Below, piece after piece: positions 12,801 to 23,600 of a DNA stretch of 64,000 bases; within the stretch, counting starts at the first letter, position 1; each line of letters opens with the position of its first letter. Origin of the DNA: Podarcis bocagei (Eukaryota). A program made the position numbers and the translations under genes. The stretch lies in the NCBI GenBank assembly GCA_964188305.1, contig OZ076895.1, one strand, 5' to 3'. Under the pieces are notes generated by a model. That model ran no database searches, was not told the DNA's origin, and worked only from the letters and a program-made list of their open reading frames with translations.

Positions 12801-15800
12801 CAGCAAAGCAGGTGGGAGATCTAATACACTAGATCCGTAAGCTTATACAGTAAGCCCGCAACTTATGCACATTTAACTTGTGCCTATTCAGCTTTACTCG
12901 CTTGGCAAAAATAAATAAAAGCAATGAAAAAGAGAGTGGCTGGCTGGTTGGGGCAAAAAAGACTTTGGTAATCCCACCCACTATAAACTAGTGTTCATTC
13001 ACTGAGATGGCAGGAGAAAGACTGGTTTGTGAGAAGTACCTCCTAGTATAACCTTAGGCCAAATCTTGTAGGATAAAGCCTTCTTCCTTTATGGACCACT
13101 GGATGCATGTAAGTAGACAGAATAGGAAATCTGAGGCAAGGGAAGATCTGTAGTTGAATAATTTATGCAAATTATAGTGGTACCTCTGGTTAAGTACTTA
13201 ATTCGTTCCAGAGGTCTGATCTTAACCTGAAACTGTTCTTAACCTGAAGCACCACTTTAGCTAATGGGGCCTCCTGCTGCTGCCGCACAGCCGGAGCACA
13301 ATTTCTGTTCTCATTCTGAAGCAAAGTTCTTAACCTGAGGTACTATATCTGGGTTAGCGGAGTCTGTAACCTGAAGCGTATGTAACCCGAGGTACTACTG
13401 TACAAGTGAATGTAGTTACACAGCGTGGGCTATTGCCATATATGCTAAAGTGTCATCCCCCATCCCCCACCCTGGTTATATTGTCTACTCTGAACAAGTA
13501 TGGTTATGAAATAGGGAATTTAGTGGTAACATTCCCTTCTTCCTGTATTCTCTGGTAGTGAGGTCTCACTGTGTGATGCAACATACCACCGGAAGTTGCG
13601 GCAGAAACAACTTCAGCAGCAGTTCAGACAGCAGATGCAGAAGAAACAGCAAATCCAGTCAACTACTCCAGCTTGTGAACCTAGAGGTCAAGGTAAAATG
13701 CTAGTTAGAACCTGTATCCGCTGCACTGCAAAGAAGCTCAGAATGGGCAGATGAAGTGCCAAAGTAACAGGGCCAATTATTTCCTGCTGTGTTAACTGTG
13801 TCAATGTAAGAGTTGAAAGTGAGATGTTAAACAAGTGTGTTTTCCCTGGATATGACTCTCTTTAAAGAGGTCAAAGTGAGGGCTTAACCCAAACTTTAAT
13901 CTGCTGCTGCAGCTGCTTTGACTAGCATCTGAGGGGTTTTTTTTACATTTTTGAAACTATCTCATTTGACTGGTTTTTTATCCATTCATTAATTTTTATG
14001 CAGTGCTGCATTTTTAGAGATTGAATTTTCCTGGCAAAATAAATGGCAGCAGAAACTTTTCTGTCCCATGTTGCTGAATGTGTTAAAGAAGATATTTCCT
14101 TCCAATGCTGGTGTCAACTTTTGTTTGTTAAGTAGTTATGTCTCACTTCATCTAGCATTGTGAAAAAGGCACCTATTATTGTAGGTTTCATAAAATGTAG
14201 ATATAATTATTTAATCCATCAGTTAACTCAAATCAACAAAAAATTATATAATCAGCAGGCAGACCTAATATATTTTTGAAAAATAGTGCCTTGACCCAAC
14301 CTATAAAAGTAGCAATATTAATAAAACCCATTAATAAGGTGATTGTCAGATTAGGGACTTGTTTTAATGTTGGTGTTTGTAAACCCAATTCATCTGTAAG
14401 CCCCAACTAAGATGGCAGAACAGTGCAGCAGTCAGATTTGTGATGGAGATGGGGAGAACAGCTGGTATATCATTCTGGGTCCAGGCTAGGTTAGAGCATA
14501 TTAATAACACCACCTATCTGTTGTTATTAATAGTTGAAATAACCATCTTTCTCCATATTGAGCCAAATTCAGATAAGTTGGCATTCCTTGGACGAAATGG
14601 AAATTAATAGCTTATTCATGCTGGGTCATTTAGGCAAGTCCTTTTTTGTCCCTATGATGTGGGACAGCTCTTGTGAAGAATATTATTTGTTCCATTATCA
14701 ATAAAGCCCAAACCACCACTATCCTGTCTCTCCCCCACCCTCCACCAGCCTAGGAAGACAGCTTATGCATTATTTCTATGCAAGTAGTCTAAATCCAGAG
14801 AAATATGTACTCTTCCACTAACATTAAGCTTCTCTTTTGTCCAGAAGCATGTGCTCTTCCTGCTATTAAGCACAGCACTTCAGCACAGCTGGAACCAGCT
14901 GTGGAAGAGGAGTTCCTTGCAGGTGGGTGAGGGTTGTTGGTTCTTTTAGGTATTTTATACCATGGGTCACAAATAAGAATCTCAGGGTCATGGGTTCGAG
15001 TCCCATGTTGGGCAAAAGATTCCTGCATTGTCAGGGGTTGGACTAGATGACCCTTGTGGTCCTTTGCAACTCTGATTCTATGATTGTTCAGTTACAACAG
15101 CCAAGTCCTTAAAACCTGTTCAAAAGCAGAAAACAAAATGCACCACCTCTGGGGAGGAGATCCATGGTGACTGGTCTGCCACTGGAAAACCCCCATCTCT
15201 TGTGCCCACCAGACTTGGAAGTCCTTACCAGCAGATCTGCAGGAAGAGCCTCTGCAGTTTATCTTACTATCTGGTCCCAAGTCATTTACAGCTTTAAACA
15301 TTAGCTCCCCAAATGCAGTAGGAACCAGTCCAGCTGATAAAGTCAGTGTTACATGCTCTGATCCGTTGGCTCCCATGAGCAACTGGTAGCCACATTCTAT
15401 AAGAACTACAGCTTCCAAAAACAGCCCCACACAGTGTGCATTTTAGTAAGTCTTGCTGTAACTTAATGCCTCAGGTTGGTTCACATTCTTGCAGCATTTC
15501 AGGCAACAGTTGGTGCAGGACACATGAAAAAGAAATGTGCATCCTTTTTCTAGATTCTCCTTCCTCCATCTGAGAGGAGAAACGGATGGAGGCCCTTTGT
15601 AAGGCAAAATCAGTGGGCACAGAAGAAGCAAGCACCCCCGGTGTGTTCCTATGTCATTGCAAAACCCAAGCTTGGGATTTTGTGTTTGCTGACACAATGT
15701 CTAGTTCCACCCTGTTACAGTTTTAACCCAGTGGCAGTCAAGACGTGGAACGGAATGGTCAGCAGCTGACCCTTCACTGTTAATGTTCCATTTCTTCCAG

Positions 15801-16478
15801 ATGACCCTGAGCTTTGGGACTTACCTCTGGAGGCCACGGACCTTAGTGTTACCAATCACAGCACGGCAGCTGGGCCAGCCCAACACCCAGGCACACCTTG
15901 TGGGCAGTATGTCATGATGACACGCAGCAGAACGCCACAAAAAATAAATAACCAGAGGCCCTGTGCAAAACCTGCACTGCAGCATCCCTCTACTAGCCCT
16001 CGACCTCACATATCAGGTAAGTTTAAGAGGTGGAGAAGCAAATGTAGACAGCAGCAGAAACTGGGTAATATAGGGTGGTGGTTTGTCAACAATGGGGCAA
16101 GCATGTATATCTATTTTAGCTTAGCACACTCAAATTGCAAATCATCTACGCTACCTCTGAATCTTGCGGTGCCCAGCAACGAGCGGTGAAAGATTTCTTG
16201 CTACTTTTTTGGTGTTTTCGGTCTCAAAGCCTCCTCCAAGATTTTGGCAACTTGTGTCGAAGTAAAGGTGTTTTAAGATGCAGTTCTAAGTTCAGGCTTT
16301 GCAAACTGTTCGGAGAAATGGTCTCTTGAAGAGAGAGGACAAAAGTAGGTAATATCTCAGTTGTGTAAGAGACTTGTAAAGAAAGTTCTCCTACATACAA
16401 TTGTTTCCTGTTTTAGCTGAATGCAGCCCATACAGGCGGAGCCAAGGGATGAAGAAGAGAAGGCTGGAGCCTGCATAA
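6792..16478 (+). CDS. RAD52: DNA repair protein RAD52 homolog, complete CDS join(6792-6863,7704-7805,8636-8729,9938-10005,10914-11032,11129-11204,12624-12811,13559-13692,14845-14922,15801-16016,16417-16478); 1209 nt, 402 aa
   Basis: Spliced translation gives the RAD52 annealing domain ([70 protein letters not shown]), the RKLRQKQ RPA-binding region and a C-terminal KKRR NLS. All introns are GT-AG and phases are consistent. Confidence 0.96.
7704..7805 (+). CDS. RAD52: RAD52 coding exon 2 ([34 protein letters not shown])
   Basis: 102 nt, AAG|...|GTACAA, conserved peptide. Confidence 0.96.
7948..8217. mobile_element. hAT-family MITE
   Basis: TIRs CAGGGGTGGCCAAC / GTTGGACATACCTG; perfect 8-bp TSD GTGTAGGG at 7940-7947 and 8218-8225. 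Confidence 0.85.
8636..8729 (+). CDS. RAD52: RAD52 coding exon 3 ([31 protein letters not shown])
   Basis: 94 nt, TTCAG|...|GTGAGA. Confidence 0.97.
8793..8860 (-). mobile_element. BovB 3'-end fragment
   Basis: AGTCGTGTCCAACTCTTCGTGACCCCATGGAC..AGCACGCCAGGC matches the BovB 3' UTR in reverse. Confidence 0.75.
9130..9630 (-). mobile_element. Degenerate CR1 reverse-transcriptase fragment
   Basis: The minus strand encodes remnants of FSKAFDK and FAEDTKL (FADD motif). Confidence 0.7.
9938..10005 (+). CDS. RAD52: RAD52 coding exon 4 ([23 protein letters not shown])
   Basis: 68 nt, CACAG|...|GTAAAT. Confidence 0.97.
10026..10438. mobile_element. Tc1/mariner (pogo/Tigger-like) MITE
   Basis: TIRs CAGTGGTGCCTCGCAAGACGAA / TTCGTCTTGCGGGGCACCACTG, TA TSD; interior of TTAGCGGC-like repeats and a duplicated hairpin. 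Confidence 0.9.
10914..11032 (+). CDS. RAD52: RAD52 coding exon 5 ([40 protein letters not shown])
   Basis: 119 nt, TGCAG|...|GTAAGT. Confidence 0.97.
11129..11204 (+). CDS. RAD52: RAD52 coding exon 6 ([25 protein letters not shown])
   Basis: 76 nt following a 96-nt intron, CTCAG|...|GTGTGT. Confidence 0.97.
12624..12811 (+). CDS. RAD52: RAD52 coding exon 7 ([27 protein letters not shown]...)
   Basis: 188 nt, CCTAG|...|GTGGGA; AKRQD..EP..E.ARYNSC is conserved. Confidence 0.93.
13175..13400. mobile_element. Tigger-like MITE
   Basis: TA-flanked TIRs TAGTGGTACCTCTGGTTA / TAACCCGAGGTACTACTG; internal TAACCTGA repeats. Confidence 0.8.
13559..13692 (+). CDS. RAD52: RAD52 coding exon 8 ([32 protein letters not shown]...)
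   Basis: 134 nt, GGTAG|...|GTAAAA; contains the [12 protein letters not shown] motif; phase 2 to 1. Confidence 0.9.
14845..14922 (+). CDS. RAD52: RAD52 coding exon 9 ([26 protein letters not shown])
   Basis: 78 nt, TCCAG|...|GTGGGT; HST..EP..E..FLA resembles RAD52; the acceptor is NAGNAG. Confidence 0.85.
14978..15085 (+). mobile_element. tRNA-derived SINE with CR1-type 3' tail (5'-truncated)
   Basis: B-box GGTTCGAGTCCC followed by GGGGTTGGACTAGATGACC...ATTCTATGATT. Confidence 0.75.
15801..16016 (+). CDS. RAD52: RAD52 coding exon 10 ([11 protein letters not shown]...[10 protein letters not shown]...)
   Basis: 216 nt, TCCAG|...|GTAAGT; open in phase 1-1. Confidence 0.88.
16417..16478 (+). 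CDS. RAD52: RAD52 last coding exon ([20 protein letters not shown])
   Basis: TTTTAG| acceptor, C-terminal NLS MKKRR, TAA at 16476-16478. Confidence 0.93.
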
Positions 16479-17005
16479 CAGAAGATGAATGACTTGACTG
16501 TGGTGCTTTATCTGTTCAGGTTTCAGAACGCAATTTGCACTCGGAAGTTTCAGAATGGAGAATATTCTTCAGATCTCACTATATCAAGCACTAAACAGGA
16601 AAAAAGTTGTGCTCATGATTTTTCAGAATTTGAAAGTTTTAAACATTGCTTTCCATCAACTGTATCTTCAGAAAAGAATATCAGTATTTTTCTCCATTAA
16701 GATTAACAGATGTAACTCCATATCCAAAAACAAAACATTGCTTTATTCTTAACTCCCTTTATTGTAATAGGAAGGAATCCATTTTAACAAGGCTGCATCT
16801 TGTAAAGCAAGGCAAACTATTTTTGTACTATTTGCCCTTTCCTAAGGAAAAAAATAGAACCAAAGCTGAAGGAATGTAACAGCATTTTAAAAATGTACTC
16901 TGAAACAAGTTTTGTGTAACAGTAATAGTAATTTACTTTTGTGGAATGAAAAGTTTTTTAAGGCTAGGATGCCAGTGTGCTAATTATACAATGTGAATCC
17001 TGCTT

Positions 17006-17131
17006 ATTAAAGTGGTTAAATTAAAGCTTTTCATTCAGAAAAGCTGTGAGATTTGATGTCCCACTGTATGAAGACTGGAGCCAGCCACACATACAGTTTT
17101 ATCATATTTCCCTTGTTCTCTTTCAAATAAA
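17006..17131 (+). terminator. Candidate RAD52 polyadenylation signals
   Basis: ATTAAA at 17006 and 17020, AATAAA at 17126, after an AT-rich 3' UTR; a further AATAAA at 17683. Confidence 0.5.
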
Positions 17132-17849
17132 GAAAAATGTTGGAGGCTAATAGTTGGACACGAAGCTTACTAAAGAGGTTTGGAATTGATATACAGGCAA
17201 CGGCCATTTTGTATGCATCCAATTGATGTGTGACCGCTAATGCCTGGCTCCTTTTGGACCCGGAATGGGGCGGCCTATGAATGTTCTGCTGGCGCTTGTG
17301 TGGGCCACGACTGGAATCACTGTGCAAAATGGTTGCTGCCTAGGTTGAATCTTCCTACTTAGAACCAGTCAAGAGTAAAGGAAAGATGCTGTATTTTGGC
17401 ATATACAGTTTATAAGTTATATATGTGGCTGGAGGACTTCTCTGGGTAATTAGGACTATCATTTTTTCTGCAGTGTGTTTTGGTAAAAGCAAATTATTTA
17501 AATTTAATGAAGCAAGGCCAACAAAACACTGAATAGGTCAACATCAACAATCTTAGGTGGTTTACTGACACGACCTCACAGTGTAAATTGATTACTACCA
17601 AATTGCCCATTTTAGATTTCTATTATGGAAGTATTATCTGTGGAAAGATCTTTTCAAAAGGTATAAGTCTCAGAAACCAAATAATAAATTTTCAAGTATT
17701 ATTTAAATATTTGTTTGAAGGCACCTGCACTCCTTCAAACTCAAATGATTGTTAACAATAATGCTAGTGGGAGTAACAAGAGCTCACTAACAATTGTTAA
17801 GCTTCGGGCACAGGAGGAACCAAGGCCATTCGAAAATGAAAAACCACAG

Positions 17850-20335
17850 CTCAACAAAAGCAGGTTTGGTTTATTTGAATGATTTCATTAAATATCTACA
17901 AAGAAGGTAACAAACTGCAGCACAAAGCGCAATCATACAGGAAGCGCAATGCCTGGATTTAGTGCAAAACATACCATTAACTACGGCCAGGGAAGCCCAA
18001 GGTTTGAATTCATTTTATTTTATTTTTTTACAGTGTACATTGTTAAATAATGTAAAGAAAACATCTGTAATTCAGAAACAGATCTTGTGGAAAAAGGTAT
18101 TCAAAGTGTAATAACACAAAATAATTTAACAGTTCAGTAGCATTAGTTAATTCCTCTAGACCTCAGTTATTTCATCCACAGGAGGGAAATCAATGGTAAA
18201 TAAAACCAGTACTTGCATAACTAAGTGAAAACTCGACCTCAAACATATTAAACCGAAATACTATCCTTGTGCAACACTCAGCTGACTAGATCTTCTAACA
18301 TTTGGTGGCATCTTTTCATCCATTGCTCCTTCCTGCTTTCTGCACATCAACCTCACCTTGAATTTCCCATCTCACCTGTGAGGGCTTTTTTTTAATTCTG
18401 AAAAGTTGTTGAATCCCAGCCACCTAGACTTGCGTCTTTTGTTTTCAGCCACCGGGTCCAAATCCTACCTCTGCCTGACAAAACCACTGTAAACTTCAAC
18501 TTGAGGCGAAGGGAAGGAAAGAAAGAAAGACTTGTGCATATGTTTGAGGGAAGAGTGAAAGAAATACAGAAAGAACAAATGTCCTTGCTAACTTTAGAGG
18601 ACTTCCGGGGGTGGGGAAAGAGAAAACAGACTTCCAGACCAAGCAGTAAAGCTGCTCCCAAGTCCAAAGCAGAAGTACTTTGACTTCACAGCCTGCTGCT
18701 GCAATGCAAAGTAATACTAGTTGGTTGCAGTTATTTCATTCGATCGGGGAAACCAGTATTTTGAGTTAGAAAGAGGAAGGCGAGTAGGAGATATAGTACA
18801 CCTACTAAAAGGCAACACAGTTAGTTACAGTCCTGGTACCAGTTTTAAGTCCTTTAGACATAGAAAGAAAAAGTTGTTTTTGATGCTGGCTGTTTCAAGT
18901 GTATCCATCCTTAGCAATGGATGCTGCACCAGGAAGATGTGTTCCTGGCCTTTCAGGATTGGATTGACAGGCAGGGCAGGGGGGGAGCAAATCCCAGCAA
19001 ACACCCTCCCTCTCCAGAGTGACCGCTCCAATTCCTTGACATACATTACCCTTACTAAAAAAACCTTTATAGCTTAAAAGTCAACCCACCCGTAGGTGCT
19101 TACCCCTTCAAAGATGTCCCTCTCCCCCCCCCCACTTCCCTTATTCTCAACAACCCAGCTTCTACTCTGGTCACTGTGTTCATTCTCTTCAGCACCTCCG
19201 CATAAATCCCTCACTGCTGCTGCATCAGCCACATCAGTTTCCCCCACCACTCCATAGCTTTACTCTTCCGACAAAAGCTGCAATAGCTCCCCCTCCAACA
19301 CCTACTCTCGACACTATTACAGTATAAGCATCCAATGTGTTATGCCTTTGGTATTCCAGTGACTATATCCAAATAACCTCCCTCTGCCTGGCGAAAGTCT
19401 GCTGGGAAGGTGATACTAACTGTAGAAGCAATAAAAGTCCAAGGCACTAAAATATCCAGCAAGCATACTGGGAGAACAGACAAGTATTCAAGTACATTAA
19501 TTTATACAATTATACATTCACATTTATCTAATACAATGAAAATACAAAGGAAAAAAAGTTAAAGTGTCTCCAATAAGTATCAGGATATAGCTAGCTTTCC
19601 CCCCATTTTTTTTCCTTTTTAACTGTTTAACCCTCTATATGCCACTCATTTTTTTTTAAACTACTGTTGTCCAACAACATTTATATATCACAGTGTTTCC
19701 ACATCAAAACTGATGGTAAGTACATGTCCGCAGGGAACCTTTTTAAAAATTTGTCTTCTAAACAATTTAAATTGCTCTAATGCTGCAGTCAAAGCTGTTA
19801 ATATCTTTTACTTAAAGCAGTAATGACCTATGTCAAAGCACGGGCTGTTCTGCAAGTCCACTTGTGTGCCCCATCAGCTCAGGAACTTCGGTGTGATGGT
19901 CTGACGGAAGGAAGAGACATGGAAATAATGGACAGCTCCCCCCCACCCCCGGCTTAATTCCTCAGAGCAAGACAAATGGCATACTAAAGATTCATGCTAA
20001 AACTAACAACATTTCTCCCGTCTCAACCCATGTAGATTCAGCATCTTAAGCCAAATGAATTTTACAGCACGAAGCCCTTGGCTTGTGTGGTAGCTTTCAT
20101 CTTTACACACTTGCCACAGACGAGAGGAAGCATGTCCCATCGTGGAAGATCCTGATCACTCTTCTCCCCATATTCAAAATGGAGGGCTTTTCTTACGGAG
20201 AGCAGAGAGCAATGGTTAGAGGAGGAAGTTCACCCCCCCCCTTTGGGCGCTAATAGCCAGTTCACTGCAGCCTAGTGGTTGATTCAGGGCCTGATCTCCC
20301 CCCTCAAGTCTACCCAGCAGCATGCCTGGGTCTCA
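17850..20335 (-). other. WNK1: WNK1 3' UTR (~2.5 kb)
   Basis: Runs from the stop codon (20336-20338) to the poly(A) signals; no recognisable interspersed repeats; contains several miRNA seed matches. Confidence 0.75.
17870..18024 (-). terminator. Candidate WNK1 polyadenylation signals
   Basis: Minus-strand AATAAA at 17870-17875 and tandem AATAAAATAAA at 18014-18024; Pumilio-type TGTAGATA at 17893-17900. Confidence 0.6.
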
Positions 20336-20650
20336 TTAAGTGGTCCGCAGATTAGAGCCAGGGGGGTTGCTGATGGATTTCTGCAAGTTGCTGATGTTGA
20401 AGCTTTGCAATGAGGTGGCACCTACAGGCTGGAACTGGCCTAAAGGCTGCGGTGCTGGACCACCTGTCCCGCTCCAGGGAGCTACAAAGGGCACTGCTGG
20501 GAAACCGTATGGCTGAGGGGGGCACATGGCCTTTGTGAAGTGACCTAGGGAGGTAGCTGACGCAGCAGAGATGGGTGTAGCACCAAGGGAGGACGTCATC
20601 GAGATGCAGAGCTGACCTGGTGCAGAGAACTTCCTTGCCATTCCTGGGCC
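20336..20650 (-). CDS. WNK1: WNK1 exon 28 coding part ([15 protein letters not shown]...SNLRTT*)
   Basis: TTTTTAG| acceptor, 315 nt, TAA stop. Confidence 0.96.
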   Translation of the reverse strand, partial: GPGMARKFSAPGQLCISMTSSLGATPISAASATSLGHFTKAMCPPQPYGFPAVPFVAPWSGTGGPAPQPLGQFQPVGATSLQSFNISNLQKSISNPPGSNLRTT

Positions 20651-23600
20651 CTAAAAACAAAACCCAACCCAAGAGGTTATTTCAGAATTGCCAAACAATG
20701 TTAAAACAGTCCTTAGAGGCTTCTCCCTCAGAAATGTGTCAGATTCTTCCATGAATGATTTGTAAGTTGGCCAGGTGCCTACGACCAGATAAAATGCCCC
20801 AAGCAAGTACTTACCTCATAATTGCCATGCCCCTTGCCTCCTTTCTTGCCAGAGAGGCTCATGGCATCGCGAGCCCAGTTGTCTACTAGCTTGTGCAGGT
20901 CATCCGTAAAGGTCCCTTTTCGACTAGAGGCAGGAGGCTGAGACTGAGGTGCCTGGCTGTTCACTGTACCCGCAACAGTGTTTGTACTGCTGGTCCCTAG
21001 AAGAGCAAAGCAATGGCTGTCATTTAAACCTGACTGTATGATAGTTCCTGAAGGCCATCAAAACTATAGCTACAATGGAAAAATAGGAGAAAGCAAGAGT
21101 TTAAAAAGCCATGCACATGAATTCTACAATTCAGTACCAGGACATAATGAAGAGGAAGGGATTTAGGGCTCAGCTAGCAGTTTCACTCCTATTAGGTTAA
21201 TCATGTAATTGTGTGTTATTTTCCAGATCAGTGGGTGGTCTGCAACGTTGCCATTTTCCACTGGGGAATGAACTAGCTTTTGGTATCAATGACAGGTCCA
21301 TGATTAATGGGTTCCTCTACATTGTCAACAAGCACCTATTATATCAAGCTAATGCTACTGCCAACTCTGCCCACTCACTCAGCACGGACAGCTGCTCTGC
21401 TCTGCAGATGGAAACTAAGAAGCCCCAGGGACTTGTTATTGGAACGAGACATTGTATTACTGGCAGGTACTTCCATCTTCATGAATGTACCTGAACCTGC
21501 TGGCTTACTGTCCAAGCACAACAGTGCCAAAAGGAAGCGGCAAACCATCACCTGGTGCTTCCAACTCAGATGGCAGCTTCCAGGAGAACCTGCACATTTG
21601 GGTTTCACACCATACAGAATTTTATACAGCTCTGCAAAGAGAAATGCAAGGAACTGTTTCAGTTTAGAATATGGCACCTGGTAGGATCAAATTCTAAGAA
21701 TGAAGGGAAATCCAAAGCATCCAAGTTTCTGCTGTGATGGCCATTCTATAGCAAATCTGTAGTGGAATGGTGTGAAAGAGTTGTTTTTACTTGTCCAAAA
21801 TGGTTATTCAGGAAGCAGCAACCTAAATGCAAGAGTTTAAGAGCGTTGAGAACCCCACATGTGCTATGAAACAAGCACCATGACCACTGAGATAGGACAC
21901 TGTCTCCAATGTATAGAAGCCAATGAGCCCATTGCATTGCTCAAGACTGTACAAGAAGTGCATCTGGGAAAGCCTTCAGTACAATTCAAGTCCACTGAAA
22001 AGGCCTTCCTATTTCAACACAAGGAAGGAGTGAAGGTACAACCTGATGAAAAACAGCTGAGGAAACACCAATTAGACCAGTAGAAGGTAGCACATTAATT
22101 CCACCCAGCTTGCTCCTGGGACTGTCAAAATAATGGAATCAAAGCTTTATAAGAAGTCAAAGAGGGAACCAAGAGTTCCCACTGCACAAGACTCAAATCT
22201 AAAAACTGATAATCCATTCCTGCTGCTCAAGAACTTGCTGTCAGAAGCAAAGTCATAGGTACTGGCAACTTAACTGGACCCTTGATTCTTTGGGATAAAA
22301 CTGGCCTCCCTGAATCCAAGCCAGATTAGACAAGAATTCAAAACATTATAATTGGTTAGAGCAACTGAGCAAGGTGCCACTGCATTGTGAAATACGAACA
22401 AGCGGATAAAACTAGCCAAGGTGGTGAAAGACGCAGCAGTCCCCCCAAAAAAACTACTAAATAAGATGGGAGTGGTGCTCATCCACATGCAGGGAAGAGG
22501 AAGGAGGAAGAATCCTCTGCCCAGGTGAGAGGAAGGAATGCAGAGTTAATAGTAATAAGATCGTAACTGTGTAACATGCAAAGGAAACTATACTTGTGAT
22601 GCAACAAGATTCAGCCATGTAGTGTGAGAAACTGGAACACAAACGCACATCTAAGTAAAAAAAATGAGCAACCTGAAGAATAGTACAGGGAACAGGCAAC
22701 AGAGATTTTAAAAAAGTGGTGGTGGTGGTAAGAATCTTGATACATGGTACCAATAAAAATATCAGTGCATTCTCCTGACAACAATTTCATGCAGGGACCG
22801 GCACATATCCATCAGCCCCTTCCTGATGGCCAGAAAACAGCTCTTGTTGCAATGCCCAGACACTGCCCCCCAATAGTAAATTGGGGGTGGGGAGAGAGTT
22901 TCAATCCAGAAGTGATAGGTGGGGTCTGTTAATGTTTGGCTTTTTACTTTACAAGCTGTTGAAAATGCACCAGATTGTCTTCCCTCTAAAACAAAAATAT
23001 AAGAGGGAATGTCATATTAAATGTGAGCTGTATTGAAAATACTCTTGTGTCTGGTTTATTATGAAGCCAGTTCTCAAGACACTTCATCTACTGAACCAGC
23101 CATCAAGAAGAGTCTGACAAGCACTTAGGTCAGTGACCATGGGGAAAAAACCTCCCTCCAATCTTGCTCAGTCACAGCAAACGTTACAGAAACTTATTTC
23201 GGCTCTTCATACAACTGAACAAATGCAGAGGCTTAACTGGCCCTGTGGATCACATCACTGCACACGCCACTGCTCCTTCCCCACCTTAACGCTGCCAATT
23301 TGCTTCACTCCCATTTACTGACTCTTCGTTGATGATGACACTTTCTCCTGTTGCGGGTACTCTCTAAGGACATCTGGGTCCTTGCCCTTCCTCTTAGTAA
23401 GATATGGAAGCTCCTTTTGAAATTGGATCAGTGCTTAGGGCAAACCCCTTCCGCTATGATCACTGCACACAAAGCCCATGAACGAGGGAGATTTTGCCTT
23501 CTGACCCAAAATGCTGCAAATTACTTGTGCTAATGTACACTTTGGCATCATTACTCGTCAGCAAGGAGGACACAGGTGACTGATAGTCAAAACATGCCAT

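Noticed and set aside
22457-22560. Possible further cassette exon (pyrimidine tract plus GGGCAG acceptor)
   Set aside because: The required phase-1 frame hits TGA within about 12 codons and no convincing donor follows.
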